A stretch of DNA of 63,348 nucleotides, filler included, from Octopus bimaculoides (taxonomy: Eukaryota): the NCBI RefSeq assembly GCF_001194135.2. It is 5 parts of 5 records of this genome, joined end to end, with 100 filler letters (N's around TTAATTAATTAA, not from the genome) between each part and the next. Parts side by side here need not be neighbours in the genome. Positions count along the whole stretch, not along the records: positions 1 to 30,678 come from NC_068991.1; 4 more parts are not named here. The stretch is one strand, 5' to 3'. Shown here piece after piece: positions 1-12,580 of this stretch. The number at the start of each line of letters is the position of its first letter. Within the stretch, counting starts at the first letter, position 1. The position numbers and the translations under genes are program-made. The notes under the pieces are model-generated. The model saw nothing but the letters and a program-made list of their open reading frames with translations. It was not told the origin of the DNA and made no database searches.

Positions 1-158
1 CGTGAAGGATCCGATTGAGGCAGCGGTGGCGTGTAATGGTGATGATGTCGGTGGTGATGATAAGAGGATGGAAGAAGGGTTCGGTGGTAGTTCGGAACCA
101 CCTTTTGTCTAATTATTTGCGTGAAAAGGAAAAGCGTTGCGCGGCACCGTGGTAGCAT
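1..158 (-). CDS. Candidate host coding exon running off the left edge (His-rich or Ser/Pro-rich frame)
   Basis: GC/CpG-richer non-repeat sequence. Minus ATG at 158 (CACCATG) opens MLPRCRATLFLFTQIIRQKVVPNYHRTLLPSSYHHHRHHHHYTPPLPQSDPS with no stop to the edge. Alternatively an acceptor (cttttccttttcacgcaaataattag) near 110 opens TKGGSELPPNPSSILLSSPPTSSP. No homology recognised. Confidence 0.35.
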   Translation of the reverse strand, partial: MLPRCRATLFLFTQIIRQKVVPNYHRTLLPSSYHHHRHHHHYTPPLPQSDPS

Positions 159-366
159 GGTGTGTAATAGAAATTGGTGCAGTACCCCGTATTAGGATGT
201 GTCGTGACAGGAACGACAAAAGGGAAGTGGGGATGTATAGTTTGGTTCAATGGTCTTCTCTACCCTTTTCTGTTTTTCTTTCTGCTTACCTATTTCTATT
301 TTTATGTATCTTTTTATCTATCTGTCGCTCTAGCTATCTGTCATTATCTCATCTATTTAGTTATCA

Positions 367-385
367 ATGTATATATATATATATA

Positions 386-453
<68 letters not shown>

Positions 454-722
454 CATGCATGTATGTATGGAGGTATGGCGAATGGATGGATGGATATGCA
501 TATGTATATATATGTGTATGTGTGTCTTTCAATTTATGTGTTTATCTCACTCTATATCTATCTATCTGTCTATCCATCCATCCATCCATCCATCCATCTA
601 TCTATTTGTCTGTCTTTCTTTCTCTCTCACTCCTCACTTTTATCTCTTTCTCTCTTTCTTACTCTCCCTCTTCCTCTCTCTCTCTCTCTCTCTCCCTCTC
701 TCTCTCTCTCTCNNNNNNNNNN

Positions 723-765
<43 letters not shown>
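367..765. repeat. Compound microsatellite block (TA)n,(TG)n,(TCCA)n,(TC)n
   Basis: Directly visible tandem repeats; source of the VCVC/SLSL ORFs. Confidence 0.95.
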
Positions 766-770
<5 letters not shown>

Positions 771-1249
771 TCAGTTTTTCAATTACATATACATATGCAT
801 ACATGCAATCTTACACAGCATATCCACCTATACAATATTGTTCCCATTCCATTCTTACATGAATACACGCACACACATATACACATACACACACAGCACA
901 CACACGTATACTCACACTTTCGAAATTTGACAATGCTATTCGCATTATCGTCTATAAACACATATGCGCTTGCACACACACACACGCATTCATTCATTCG
1001 CACTTTCAAAACGTCACAATGCCAAACGGATAGATTGTTGCCTACACTGATATCCGCGCGCACACAAACACACACAGGCACATACATATACACATTCGAA
1101 CTTTCACTGTCTCCTACAACCACACACGCACACGCACACATGCACACACAAACACACACACACACACACACATCCGCAGATGCACACAACTTTTCAGCCG
1201 ATACAATGCCAACAAAAATCAGATTTCAACATAAAAGACCATAATCAAA

Positions 1250-1436
1250 GCGATTAGCCGAAAAGCCCAATTCAATGACTGCAGTCATGTTTACGACAAC
1301 ATATCGTCTGCTTTTAAGCAATTAATTCCGGCCGTGTAATAGATTGCATAAAAGAAAGGATTGCTGCTTCACCGGAATTATCGGCTGAGCGACTTCCTAT
1401 TGGCTGCGACGGACCACGCAAACGGGTCATGTGGTA

Positions 1437-1440
<4 letters not shown>
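1250..1440. promoter_or_regulatory. Putative promoter/regulatory island
   Basis: Non-repetitive CpG-containing patch between microsatellites: 14-bp palindrome ATGACTGCAGTCAT (~1275-1288), CCAAT on minus (attgg ~1399-1403), M-box-like TCATGTG (~1427-1433). Confidence 0.3.
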
Positions 1441-1490
<50 letters not shown>

Positions 1491-1510
1491 CATTATTGTT
1501 ATTGTTGTTG
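1438..1510. repeat. (ATT)n/(GTT)n microsatellite
   Basis: Direct reading. Confidence 0.95.
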
Positions 1511-2544
1511 TCGACAAAATTATTCTCAGTTATTCTCACTTAGCTTTATAGTGTGGGGTATTTTTTTCTTTTCCAGGGAAATCAGAAAGGGAACGTTGTG
1601 ACGTTCATGCCTTAGCATCAAGGAAAAGGATAGATGTTAGTTATATTCTATAGTTAACTGGCACAGCTAATTGAAAGTATTTCATTGTTCGTATCTATTT
1701 TACTTTGACGTGAATGCCTACTGTCTACATCAACTCACACGATATATAAGATAAATATAACACGCGCAAAAATGTATTTCATTAATAGACAGCTGTTTCG
1801 TAACTAATGGAAATTATGAAACAGCTGTCAACTAATGGAATAATCTTCTATTCTCTTGCCTCATATCTCTTATCAGATCAACTTTTATACATACTTTCCA
1901 CCATTGCGTTTTCAGAATTTTCAGAACGACGCTGAGGTTACATCCTAGCCTTAACCACGGTCTTTCTTGATAGCCGCGCACCAGACGGAGAGATAACTGT
2001 GAGCTCTGTCTGATTCCTTGAATATCTATTTTTATTACGCATAACACAAATACACATACACACACATATCCTGTGTGTGCATGTATATATATAACATATT
2101 GTAGAAGGATTACTCAGTTGATTGAGGTAAAAATAGTTGGTTGCTACCTAGCATAAAAAAGGCTTATATAGAAAACACAAAAAAATCGCTAACTGACCAA
2201 TAAAGTTTATTCAACAATGCATCAAATACACTTCATCTCTTCGAGATTAGACAGAAAATTCCGGTAACATGCTGTATAACTCCAGTTCGAAAGCAACGAA
2301 TGCTGCTTATTATGCGACAATCGAGCCTGTAAATGAAAGGAATGGAAGAAGTTGTCGGGTACTACATCTGTTTCAAAAGGAATACTGGGTGTATATTATA
2401 TAACATTACAAATGTTTTATAACTATCTGCTGTCCGTTCGCGTCGGATGCATGCGGCAATTCTGCTGGAAATGATTTGCTGAACTGAATTATGTAAAAAA
2501 AAAACAAACGGGCTAAAATGTGCATTTTAAAGATCAAGAAGTGA

Positions 2545-2750
2545 AGACAGTAAGGCATAATTAAAACTGAAAAGAGACAGGGCAACAAGTTAGATATATA
2601 ATTACAAATGCATAAATATATATACACACACAAAACCTGTACGTTTAAAGCTCGTTGGACGTACAGGAAAAAGAAACAAGAAAACTTAGAGATAGTAAGA
2701 ATTAAGGCAAAACAACTAACAAGAATCTCACACAGCTACGAACTATGAAG
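2545..2750 (+). repeat. ~200-bp direct repeat, copy 1
   Basis: taattaaaactgaaaagagacag...aacctgtacgtttaaagctcg...gatagtaagaattaaggcaaaacaa recurs at ~3805-3990. Confidence 0.85.
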
Positions 2751-2763
2751 TGTGTGCATGTGT

Positions 2764-2806
<43 letters not shown>

Positions 2807-2811
2807 TGTGT

Positions 2812-2851
<40 letters not shown>

Positions 2852-3450
2852 NNNNNNNNNNNNNNNNNNNNNNNNNNNNNNNNNNNNNNNNNNNNNNNNN
2901 NNNNNNNNNNNNNNNNNNNNNNNNNNNNNNNNNNNNNNNNNNNNNNNNNNNNNNNNNNNNNNNNNNNNNNNNNNNNNNNNNNNNNNNNNNNNNNNNNNNN
3001 NNNNNNNNNNNNNNNNNNNNNNNNNNNNNNNNNNNNNNNNNNNNNNNNNNNNNNNNNNNNNNNNNNNNNNNNNNNNNNNNNNNNNNNNNNNNNNNNNNNN
3101 NNNNNNNNNNNNNNNNNNNNNNNNNNNNNNNNNNNNNNNNNNNNNNNNNNNNNNNNNNNNNNNNNNNNNNNNNNNNNNNNNNNNNNNNNNNNNNNNNNNN
3201 NNNNNNNNNNNNNNNNNNNNNNNNNNNNNNNNNNNNNNNNNNNNNNNNNNNNNNNNNNNNNNNNNNNNNNNNNNNNNNNACATCCAATTATTAAAGTGGA
3301 AAAATTATCAGAAAATTCATTTCTATTCATTTTTCAAATATATATATATATATATATCTTACGTATACACGCAAGAATATGTGTAAATATACTCGCTACA
3401 TATCCACAAACATATAGAGACGTGTATACATACACTTAGACATAAATATT

Positions 3451-3663
3451 CTTTTCTACTCTAGGCACAAGGCCCGAAATTTTGGTGGAACGGGCCAATC
3501 GATTACATCGACCCCAGTATGCAACTGGTACTTAATTTATTGACCCCGAAAGTATGAAAGACAAAGTCGACGTCGGTGAAATTTGAACTCAGAACGTAAA
3601 GACAGACGAAATGCCGTTAAGCATTTTGCCCGGCGTGCTAACGTTTCGGCCAGCTCGCCGCCC
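3451..3663 (-). mobile_element. tRNA-derived SINE family A, full length, with 16-bp target-site duplication
   Basis: Minus head GGCGGCGAGCTGGCCGAAACGTTAGC, B-box GAGTTCAAAT, central block CTTTCATACTTTCGGGGTCAATAAATTAAGTACCAG (resembles the MetaSINE domain, from memory). Flanked by cttagacataaatatt at 3435-3450 and 3664-3679. Confidence 0.92.
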
Positions 3664-3804
3664 CTTAGACATAAATATTTACAAATGAATACACCTGTAC
3701 AATGCTAACATAAAAGTATAATACCGAATACTTGCATAAATACATACAAACATAAATGCACACGAACGTATGCTAGAAGGTAACTGAATCTAACGACTGA
3801 AAAC

Positions 3805-3990
3805 AAGAACAGTAAGACCTAATTAAAACTGAAAAGAGACAGACTAACAAGTAAGACGTATGCAAAAATACAAATATACAAATGCGTAACCTGTACGTTT
3901 AAAGCTCGCTGAACGTATAGGAAAAACACAGCGATAGTAAGAATTAAGGCAAAACAAGTAACAAGAGTCTCACAACTACGAACTATGAGT
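3805..3990 (+). repeat. ~200-bp direct repeat, copy 2
   Basis: Same blocks as 2545-2750 with indels. Confidence 0.85.
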
Positions 3991-4839
3991 GAAAGAAAAT
4001 AAATAATGGTAAACTCATATACGAGGGCACGTAGATCTTTGTACGAAAAACATATATAAGTTGACACTGTGGAGAAATAGAAGTAACGAAACGTACGTGA
4101 GCCACCTAGTAGAAACATAGAAGGATAATGTACACTCGAATGGTCTGTATACACGTTAATAAAAACTAATGTTTATTTAGATATAGTAAAATCCTAGAGG
4201 CGAAATAAAATTAGGTACCTTAAGAAATTATAAGTGACTACAAATTAAGGGGAAGTAACTAGTATTACCTAATAGGGAAAAGGGTTTGCAGCGGAGTAGG
4301 GTACTGCATGATCGATGTTTACATCTCATAATCAGTCCATCGAGTCTGTTAATAATATTATCCTTAGTGTTCATGATTATCATAATCTCTGCAATGCATA
4401 TTAAGCACTTACTGCTGTAACTGTATCAGGGTTTCGCACGTTGGACGATCAACCCTCTAATTTCCAAATTATTTTAGATGAAGATGTTCTAATGTTAAAC
4501 TGTGATTATGTAATCCAGATTTAAAGTATGGTAAGAAGCACCCATATAAACATACCTAGTCTGATTTTCTGTTTGCTTGTTTTTTGTTGTTGTTTTTTTT
4601 TACATAATTCATTACGGCAAATAATTTCCTACAGAATAGCCGCATGCCCCCGATGAGAAAATACCCCATGAAGCATTTGTAATGTTACATAATATGCATG
4701 AGTGTCGCTTTTGAAACAGCTGTAGAGCTTGACTATTTCTTCCATTCCTTTCATAGAAGAAATAATAATTATTATTGTTACTATGCCTAAAATAATGAGC
4801 CTTTAACAAAATCATTGTCGTTATTATTGTTACTAGTAT

Positions 4840-5650
4840 TCCGCCGAGGCCGACTTTGTCTTTGATCCTTTCGGGCTCGATGAAGTAAGTACCAGCTGAT
4901 CACTGGAATCGCTGTAATCGACTAAACCCTCCCCCAAAATTTCAGGCTTTGTGTCTATAGTAGAAAGTATCATTATTGTTACGAGCAAATTGGCGAACTG
5001 GGTGAATTGTTAGCGTGCTGGAAGAAATGCCTAACAGTATTTCTTCCGACTCGCTACGTTTTGAGTTCAAATCCTAACGAGATCAACTTTGCCTTTCATT
5101 CTCCTGATTTGATAAAACAAAGTACCAACCAACCAACCAATTGGCGGGTTTTGATGAAATCGACTAACCCCTTTCTGAAAACTTTGGGCTAAATCCGAAA
5201 CTGTCATTAAGGACGGTGAGTTGGAAGAATCGTTAGAGCGTCGAACAAAATACCATGCGATATTTCTCTCGACATGTCACATTCTGTATTCAAATACCTC
5301 CGAGGACAACTTTGCCTTTCGTCATATCGGGGGTCGATATCATAAAGTACCAGTGAAGTACTGAGGCCAGTGCTATCGACTAGCTCTTTCCTCTCAAAAT
5401 TGCTGGCAATCAGAAAACTTTATTATTGTTATTAGTAGTGTGATGAAATTGAAGAATTCTTAGAGCGTCAGGTAAATATGATTTGCGGTATTAAGTAATG
5501 GTTCTTCAAGTTCTGAGTTCAAATCCCGCCGAGTCAACTTTCATTTTCATCTCTCCAGGATCAATAAAAATAAATGCTTGTCAAGTATCGGTGATCGATA
5601 TAAACGGCTGTTACATTTCCTAAAATTTCATTCCGTGTGTCTATTTAAAA
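4840..5650 (+). mobile_element. Head-to-tail cluster of four SINE-A copies (first 5'-truncated)
   Basis: Copies at ~4843-4968, 4985-5200, 5210-5420 and 5440-5650; each carries the gagttcaaat and/or ctttcat..aagtacc blocks, separated by attattgtt-like linkers. Confidence 0.85.
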
Positions 5651-6380
5651 AATAATTACCATTGTCATTAGCTATATAGCAACACCAAAAACTAGATCTT
5701 TGGATTCGCTTTTACCACATTCCTGGCAAACAAAAGCTCGATTCATTCCCCTACCCTAAATTCCCCTAATTTCCGTCGGCGCTTCATGGATAAAGAGAAA
5801 TACAGGCTCTGATTGATTGCTTCTTCTTTTATTGTGTTTTGTTGTTTCGTTAGTTTTTGTTTTGCTTTTTTTCTTTTTGCTTTTGTTGCTATTGTTGTTG
5901 TTGTGTTAATGCTACAATATGACGAATATGTTGCGTGTGTGAGGTAACAATCGTTTCAAACAATTAAATAACAAACTATAATTAAAATGAAAACAAAGAC
6001 CATCAATATTTTTTTCTTTTAGTGTTAGTTTGTTTTTTGAAGTACTTATTATTCTTTTTCCAGTTATATATTATATTTCAACGACAATATTTTGTTTTAT
6101 TTTCCTTTCTTTTTCTCTCATTTTCGATCAGAATAAAAAGCTACAACAAAAATAATTACATGAAATCACATCAAATTATGTCAAATTACATCAAATTCCT
6201 GTCTTTAGTTTTTCTATTATCCTAACGAAAGAAGAATTGATGACAACATTGATCTGTTAAAGGGAACGTAATTGTGGTGAGAAACGGTAATTATTAACAT
6301 TGCGATATGACGAGTCATCGACAAACTGAAATAACCAAACCACACATACACTCAACGACTGAGTTTAATACGTACGTTAA

Positions 6381-6722
6381 GCACCTTAGGCAAGTGTCTT
6401 CTACTCTAGCTCCGGGCCAACAAAAAATTTATGAATGGATTTGGTAAGATGGAAACAGAAAGAAGCCCGTCGTGCACACACACACACAAATGTATAGCTA
6501 TGTGTGTATATTTTTGTTTGTATGTCTCCCCACCACCGCCTGACAGCCGGCGTTAGCTTATCTAAGACCCCGTAACTTAACGGTTCGGCAAAAAGACAAC
6601 GATAGAATAAGTACATGGCTTTAAAATAATTACCGTGGTCTATTTATTCGACTAAATCTTTCTAGGCGGTACTCAGGCATGGCTATAGTCCAAAGGAGTG
6701 AAACAAGTAAAAGATAAAAGAT
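6381..6722 (+). mobile_element. SINE family B (CORE-like), 5'-truncated
   Basis: gcaccttaggcaagtgtcttctactc..., internal (CA)/(TG) tract, gtaacttaacggttcggcaaaa, 3' gaaacaagtaaaagataaaag tail. Confidence 0.85.
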
Positions 6723-6885
6723 ATGCAACATCCTAATTCAGTTTTACATCTCGACTCCCCGTAATCGCCTGCTGGCAACTTCTTCCTGTCTGCTCAGGGT
6801 AAAAACCCAATCTTTCTCTGCTGTTTTCACAGCTACACTGCGTTCGAGATTTACTTTTTGTCTGTAAAATATATATGGCGCAGGC

Positions 6886-7066
6886 GTGACTGTGTATAAG
6901 AGGCAGGGGTATACTTGTGTGGTAAGAAGCTCGCTTCCCAACCACATGGTTCCGGGTTCATTCTCACTGCGTGGCACCTTGGTCAAGTGTCTTCTACTAT
7001 AGCCTCGGGCCGACCAGAGCCTTGTGAGTGGATTTGGTAGGCGGAAATTGAAAGAAGTCTGCCGTG
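6886..7066 (+). mobile_element. SINE-B 5' half
   Basis: ggcgcagg head, gggttcattctc B-box, gtggcaccttggtcaagtgtc CORE-like block (MIR-like CCTTGGGCAAGT), ending in a microsatellite. Resembles the octopus OR1/OR2 CORE-SINEs (from memory). Confidence 0.85.
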
Positions 7067-7076
7067 TGTGTGTGTA

Positions 7077-7112
<36 letters not shown>

Positions 7113-8241
7113 TGTATGTATACATATATCTATACATATATATATATATATATATATATAAATACATTGTTTTCTACACCACCTGTCTTCGTCATTTGTT
7201 TTTTTTGTGAATTTTCCCTATATATATGTATATATATGTATATATGGATNNNNNNNNNNNNNNNNNNNNNNNNNNNNNNNNNNNNNNNNNNNNNNNNNNN
7301 NNNNNNNNNNNNNNNNNNNNNNNNNNNNNNNNNNNNNNNNNNNNNNNNNNNNNNNNNNNNNNNNNNNNNNNNNNNNNNNNNNNNNNNNNNNNNNNNNNNN
7401 NNNNNNNNNNNNNNNNNNNNNNNNNNNNNNNNNNNNNNNNNNNNNNNNNNNNNNNNNNNNNNNNNNNNNNNNNNNNNNNNNNNNNNNNNNNNNNNNNNNN
7501 NNNNNNNNNNNNNNNNNNNNNNNNNNNNNNNNNNNNNNNNNNNNNNNNNNNNNNNNNNNNNNNNNNNNNNNNNNNNNNNNNNNNNNNNNNNNNNNNNNNN
7601 NNNNNNNNNNNNNNNNNNNNNNNNNNNNNNNNNNNNNNNNNNNNNNNNNNNNNNNNNNNNNNNNNNNNNNNNNNNNNNNNNNNNNNNNNNNNNNNNNNNN
7701 NNNNNNNNNNNNNNNNNNNNNNNNNNNNNNNNNNNNNNNNNNNNNNNNNNNNNNNNNNNNNNNNNNNNNNNNNNNNNNNNNNNNNNNNNNNNNNNNNNNN
7801 NNNNNNNNNNNNNNNNNNNNNNNNNNNNNNNNNNNNNNNNNNNNNNNNNNNNNNNNNNNNNNNNNNNNNNNNNNNNNNNNNNNNNNNNNNNNNNNNNNNN
7901 NNNNNNNNNNNNNNNNNNNNNNNNNNNNNNNNNNNNNNNNNNNNNNNNNNNNNNNNNNNNNNNNNNNNNNNNNNNNNNNNNNNNNNNNNNNNNNNNNNNN
8001 NNNNNNNNNNNNNNNNNNNNNNNNNNNNNNNNNNNNNNNNNNNNNNNNNNNNNNNNNNNNNNNNNNNNNNNNNNNNNNNNNNNNNNNNNNNNNNNNNNNN
8101 NNNNNNNNNNNNNNNNNNNNNNNNNNNNNNNNNNNNNNNNNNNNNNNNNNNNNNNNNNNNNNNNNNNNNNNNNNNNNNNNNNNNNNNNNNNNNNNNNNNN
8201 NNNNNNNNNNNNNNNNNNNNNNNNNNNNNNNNNNNNNNNNN

Positions 8242-8274
<33 letters not shown>

Positions 8275-9509
8275 CACATATATATATCTATATATATATA
8301 TACATATATATATATAACACTGCATTAATATTTAAACCAGCTTACTTTATTTAGTTCATTGATATGCACCACAAGCGTACGTTCTGATAACTGAATGAAT
8401 AATATCGGTGACTGCTACCCGAGGCATTAACCATAAGTAGTTGTAAAATCTTGTCTCTCTATGTAGAAACAAAAGAGTAAACACTTGTGAAAGGTTGCTA
8501 ATGACCAAGAGAAGCAATTGTAGTTATACTTTATTTTGTTTCGCAAGAGCTCTGTGGTTTAATCATGTGGTTTATTTGTATAGTGAGGCTCAATGTCTGT
8601 CTGTAAAACGTATGCATGTAAATTTACTCAAAATTCATGTGCGCATATCTGCTCGCGCGCCTCGGTGTGTGAATGTGAGCGTGCGTGTGTGTGCATGTTT
8701 TAGTTGAGGAGTGATTTCAGCATAAAAGTTTAAATGGATTCTCTGTTTTAATAAACAATATTCAGATCTAGTTCTAGTACCTCTAAACTGAAAATCCTGG
8801 GATATATAAATATAAAGTATCTATAGTATGTATGTACCTATATATGTATGTAATTATGTATGCAGACATGTATGTATGTATGTANNNNNNNNNNNNNNNN
8901 NNNNNNNNNNNNNNNNNNNNNNNNNNNNNNNNNNNNNNNNNNNNNNNNNNNNNNNNNNNNNNNNNNNNNNNNNNNNNNNNNNNNNNNNNNNNNNNNNNNN
9001 NNNNNNNNNNNNNNNNNNNNNNNNNNNNNNNNNNNNNNNNNNNNNNNNNNNNNNNNNNNNNNNNNNNNNNNNNNNNNNNNNNNNNNNNNNNNNNNNNNNN
9101 NNNNNNNNNNNNNNNNNNNNNNNNNNNNNNNNNNNNNNNNNNNNNNNNNNNNNNNNNNNNNNNNNNNNNNNNNNNNNNNNNNNNNNNNNNNNNNNNNNNN
9201 NNNNNNNNNNNNNNNNNNNNNNNNNNNNNNNNNNNNNNNNNNNNNNNNNNNNNNNNNNNNNNNNNNNNNNNNNNNNNNNNNNNNNNNNNNNNNNNNNNNN
9301 NNNNNNNNNNNNNNNNNNNNNNNNNNNNNNNNNNNNNNNNNNNNNNNNNNNNNNNNNNNNNNNNNNNNNNNNNNNNNNNNNNNNNNNNNNNNNNNNNNNN
9401 NNNNNNNNNNNNNNNNNNNNNNNNNNNNNNNNNNNNNNNNNNNNNNNNNNNNNNNNNNNNNNNNNNNNNNNNNNNNNNNNNNNNNNACTCACACATATAC
9501 ATCTACAGG

Positions 9510-9546
9510 CAGATAGATAGGTAGATAGATAGATAGATAGATAGAC

Positions 9547-9618
<72 letters not shown>
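9510..9618. repeat. (GATA)n microsatellite
   Basis: Direct reading. Similar (GATA)n/(TATC)n tracts occur at ~22748-22812, 26893-26990, 27958-28046, 29053-29102, 32668-32718 and 52855-52947. Confidence 0.95.
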
Positions 9619-9619
<1 letters not shown>

Positions 9620-11345
9620 CTTGCATATTCAATAGGTATTTGTGTTTACAAGGATATTTATGTTTATTTATATATATATATATAAATATAAAGTATCTAT
9701 AGTATGTATGTACCTATATATGTATGTAATTATGTATGCAGACATGTATGTATGTATGTATGTATGTATGTATGTATGTATGTATGTATGTATGTGTAGC
9801 GCAAAATATGCTCAGTAACAATATACAAAGTAAATATGAAAGCAATAACCAAATGTTTCAATTTGATCTGCAAGAAATATACGGAAGGCAAGACATAACA
9901 AAAGAGCAAAGAAAAAAAAAAGGCCCAAGAATTCAAGTGAAACGACGAAAGAAAGAGGGAAGGAAAAAAGAATAGAAGAGAAGGAAGGACAGAAAGAAAG
10001 GAGGAAAAAAGAAGGAAGGAAGCGAACAATGACGCAAATTACGGAGGAAAGACTGAAAAGAATGGGGAAATAGTTTGGAGAGAAATGCAAAGTGCATGGA
10101 CGAAAAACCTGAAAAGAAATCGAAGCAACTAAGATAAGATGAAATAAAAAAATAAAAAAGTCCTCTCCCCTCTCTCCACCCCAATTATCGAAGGAAATGC
10201 TGGCCATTCAAATAAAGGAACGTTGAAGTATTTACGATGCCATATGTAAAAAAAAAAAAAAAGAAACATTTTATATAAAACAGAAAATACCGTGAAATAC
10301 AAAATATAAAGTTATCGTCTGGCAAACAAATAAATGGAAGAACTAGAAAGAAAAAAAAATAAGAACTGCCATTTTCCCCATTTGTTTTATTTCTCACACT
10401 TCAGCATTATTTCTCTGCGCATGTTTGCATTCTTCTATCATATTTTTTGACTATATTTATATTACCATTCGATATTTTTTAAAAGCTAGTAATATATNNN
10501 NNNNNNNNNNNNNNNNNNNNNNNNNNNNNNNNNNNNNNNNNNNNNNNNNNNNNNNNNNNNNNNNNNNNNNNNNNNNNNNNNNNNNNNNNNNNNNNNNNNN
10601 NNNNNNNNNNNNNNNNNNNNNNNNNNNNNNNNNNNNNNNNNNNNNNNNNNNNNNNNNNNNNNNNNNNNNNNNNNNNNNNNNNNNNNNNNNNNNNNNNNNN
10701 NNNNNNNNNNNNNNNNNNNNNNNNNNNNNNNNNNNNNNNNNNNNNNNNNNNNNNNNNNNNNNNNNNNNNNNNNNNNNNNNNNNNNNNNNNNNNNNNNNNN
10801 NNNNNNNNNNNNNNNNNNNNNNNNNNNNNNNNNNNNNNNNNNNNNNNNNNNNNNNNNNNNNNNNNNNNNNNNNNNNNNNNNNNNNNNNNNNNNNNNNNNN
10901 NNNNNNNNNNNNNNNNNNNNNNNNNNNNNNNNNNNNNNNNNNNNNNNNNNNNNNNNNNNNNNNNNNNNNNNNNNNNNNNNNNNNNNNNNNNNNNNNNNNN
11001 NNNNNNNNNNNNNNNNNNNNNNNNNNNNNNNNNNNNNNNNNNNNNNNNNNNNNNNNNNNNNNNNNNNNNNNNNNNNNNNNNNNNNNNNNNNNNNNNNNNN
11101 NNNNNNNNNNNNNNNNNNNNNNNNNNNNNNNNNNNNNNNNNNNNNNNNNNNNNNNNNNNNNNNNNNNNNNNNNNNNNNNNNNNNNNNNNNNNNNNNNNNN
11201 NNNNNNNNNNNNNNNNNNNNNNNNNNNNNNNNNNNNNNNNNNNNNNNNNNNNNNNNNNNNNNNNNNNNNNNNNNNNNNNNNNNNNNNNNNNNNNNNNNNN
11301 NNNNNNNNNNNNNNNNNNNNNNNNNNNNNNNNNNNNNNNNNNNNN

Positions 11346-11690
11346 ATGCAAGTCTTATCTTAACGAATCTTTCGTTTAAAATACAATTTAAACGAAGTTT
11401 TATGTTGAACTAAAATCAAAATTATAAGCGTAAAATAAATAACTTTAATTTTAATATAAACTAACAAAGAATTAATTTATATAAATTTATACAAATTTCA
11501 ATAATTTTGTTAAATGTTTTTTCTTTTATTTAATGGTGATATAATTGTTTTTATATAAATTAATTTTTTGTTTGTTTATATTAAAATTAGAGTTATTTAT
11601 TTTACGTTTATAATTTTAACTTTAGTTTAACCTAAAACTTCGTTTAAATTGTATTTTAAACGAAAGGTTCGTTAAGATAAGATTTGCATT
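11346..11690. repeat. ~345-bp AT-rich palindrome (~140-bp arms)
   Basis: atgcaagtcttatcttaacgaatctttcgtttaaaatac... is the near-exact reverse complement of ...gtattttaaacgaaaggttcgttaagataagatttgcat. Confidence 0.9.
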
Positions 11691-11898
11691 TGATATTTCT
11701 ATTAGTTTATATTATAATAAATGTAAAGTTAATTATGTCACGTTTATAATTTTCGATATGATTAGTATTGAATTTCTTTTTAATAATATTGTTTAACATT
11801 TTTCTATCTTAATATAATAAGTATTTTTATATACATTCATTTGTTATTTATTGTTGGTTGATATATACATTCTTTTTATTATTATTATTGCTGTATTT

Positions 11899-12010
11899 TG
11901 ACCTGACGATTAGCTATAATTTTGAATAGAATTGATTTTCGATCGATTTAATCGATTTGAATATATTTTATTTTCTATTTGAAGACTTGGTTATGAAACA
12001 CGTGTAGTCG
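11899..12010 (+). ncRNA. Type-I hammerhead ribozyme motif, core intact, long stem II
   Basis: TGAC | CTGACGA | T-TAGC..long hairpin..GTTA-T | GAAA | CACGTG | TA | GTCG. Stem I TGAC/GTCG, palindromic stem III ACACGTGT, GUA cleavage triplet. Confidence 0.75.
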
Positions 12011-12141
12011 CTTTATTATCATTATTTTATGGTTTTTACTTTGTATTATATTTATTTATTGTGCATTTACTTATTAATTTTTCTATATGTGACTGTGGAT
12101 TTTCATGGATGAGTTCATGAACTTTGGTTCTTTTCTCTAAA

Positions 12142-12145
<4 letters not shown>

Positions 12146-12198
<53 letters not shown>

Positions 12199-12580
12199 TA
12201 TAAATTCAAAAAAGGATAAAAATCTTTTACAAGAATTTTATCAGGAAGCCAGTGTGTAAAAATATATATATATATATATGTATATTTATATATATACATA
12301 TATATGTATATATATACATATATATGTATTATATACATATATATGTATATATGTATATATATACATATGTATATATATATACATATATATGTATATATAT
12401 ACATACGTATATATATACATATGTATATATATACATATATACATATACATATGTATATATATACATATATATATATACATATCTATATGTATATTTATAT
12501 ACATATATATATGTATATATATACATATATATATGTATATATATATATATTTATATATATATATGTATGTATATATATAT
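12146..12580. repeat. Degenerate (TA)n/(TATG)/(TACA) low-complexity tract
   Basis: Direct reading; gives the YIYI ORFs. Confidence 0.95.

Noticed and set aside
6748-6863. EGF-like-looking peptide QCSCENSRERLGFYPEQTGRSC on minus
   Set aside because: Cys spacing is wrong, the donor is weak, the acceptor abuts a SINE head, and no neighbouring exons were found.
8800-9790. Identical ~85-bp duplicate at 8800-8884 and ~9685-9770
   Set aside because: Perfect identity around a gap and ending in the same (TATG)n; most likely an assembly or haplotype duplication.
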